In this document: in pieces, positions 63,914 to 64,000 of the stretch
Position numbering within the stretch: the first letter of the stretch is position 1
Layout of the letters: each line of letters opens with the position of its first letter
Source: Octopus bimaculoides
Taxonomy: Eukaryota
DNA length: 64,000 nucleotides
Reading direction: 5' to 3'
NCBI RefSeq assembly: GCF_001194135.2
Contig: NC_068984.1
Span: forward strand, 40,578,775 to 40,642,774
The notes under the pieces: generated by a model
Told to the model about the DNA's origin: nothing
Database searches by the model: none
The model's input: the letters and a program-made list of their open reading frames with translations, nothing else
Translations under genes and position numbers: made by a program

Positions 63914-63964
63914 GACCGTCCGTCCGTCCGTCCGTCCGTCCATCTGTCTGTCTGTCTGTCTGTC

Positions 63965-64000
<36 letters not shown>
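63825..64000 (+). repeat. Compound (TCTA)n(TCTG)n(TCCG)n(TA)n microsatellite
   Basis: Seen directly; the unit changes stepwise along the array. Confidence 0.96.

Overview
AT-rich, gap-ridden eukaryotic draft sequence with roughly 7 kb of N gaps, most of them opening at microsatellites. The repeat types and microsatellite density suggest a coleoid cephalopod, probably Octopus; this is inference, not a database match. I cannot support any intact host protein-coding gene. Almost every ORF in the supplied track is an artefact of N runs or simple repeats, and the rest are decayed transposon fragments. The window is a mosaic of about 30 tRNA-derived SINE copies from four or five modular families (my own labels A, B, C, D and G), decayed LINEs (CR1/L2-like, RTE, and R4/Dong-like with restriction-like endonuclease), Penelope-like (GIY-YIG) relics, Tc1/mariner relics and MITEs. 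The most interesting signal is a type I hammerhead ribozyme with an intact catalytic core on the minus strand at 8360-8448, with several more degenerate or variant hammerhead-like motifs elsewhere. Also notable are a 3' stem-loop tail shared by a CR1/L2-like LINE and SINE family C, a Dong-like insertion inside a (TAA)n tract with a duplicated 5' junction, and a Tc1 relic with apparent DD36E spacing. All alignments and translations were done by eye, and relic boundaries are approximate.
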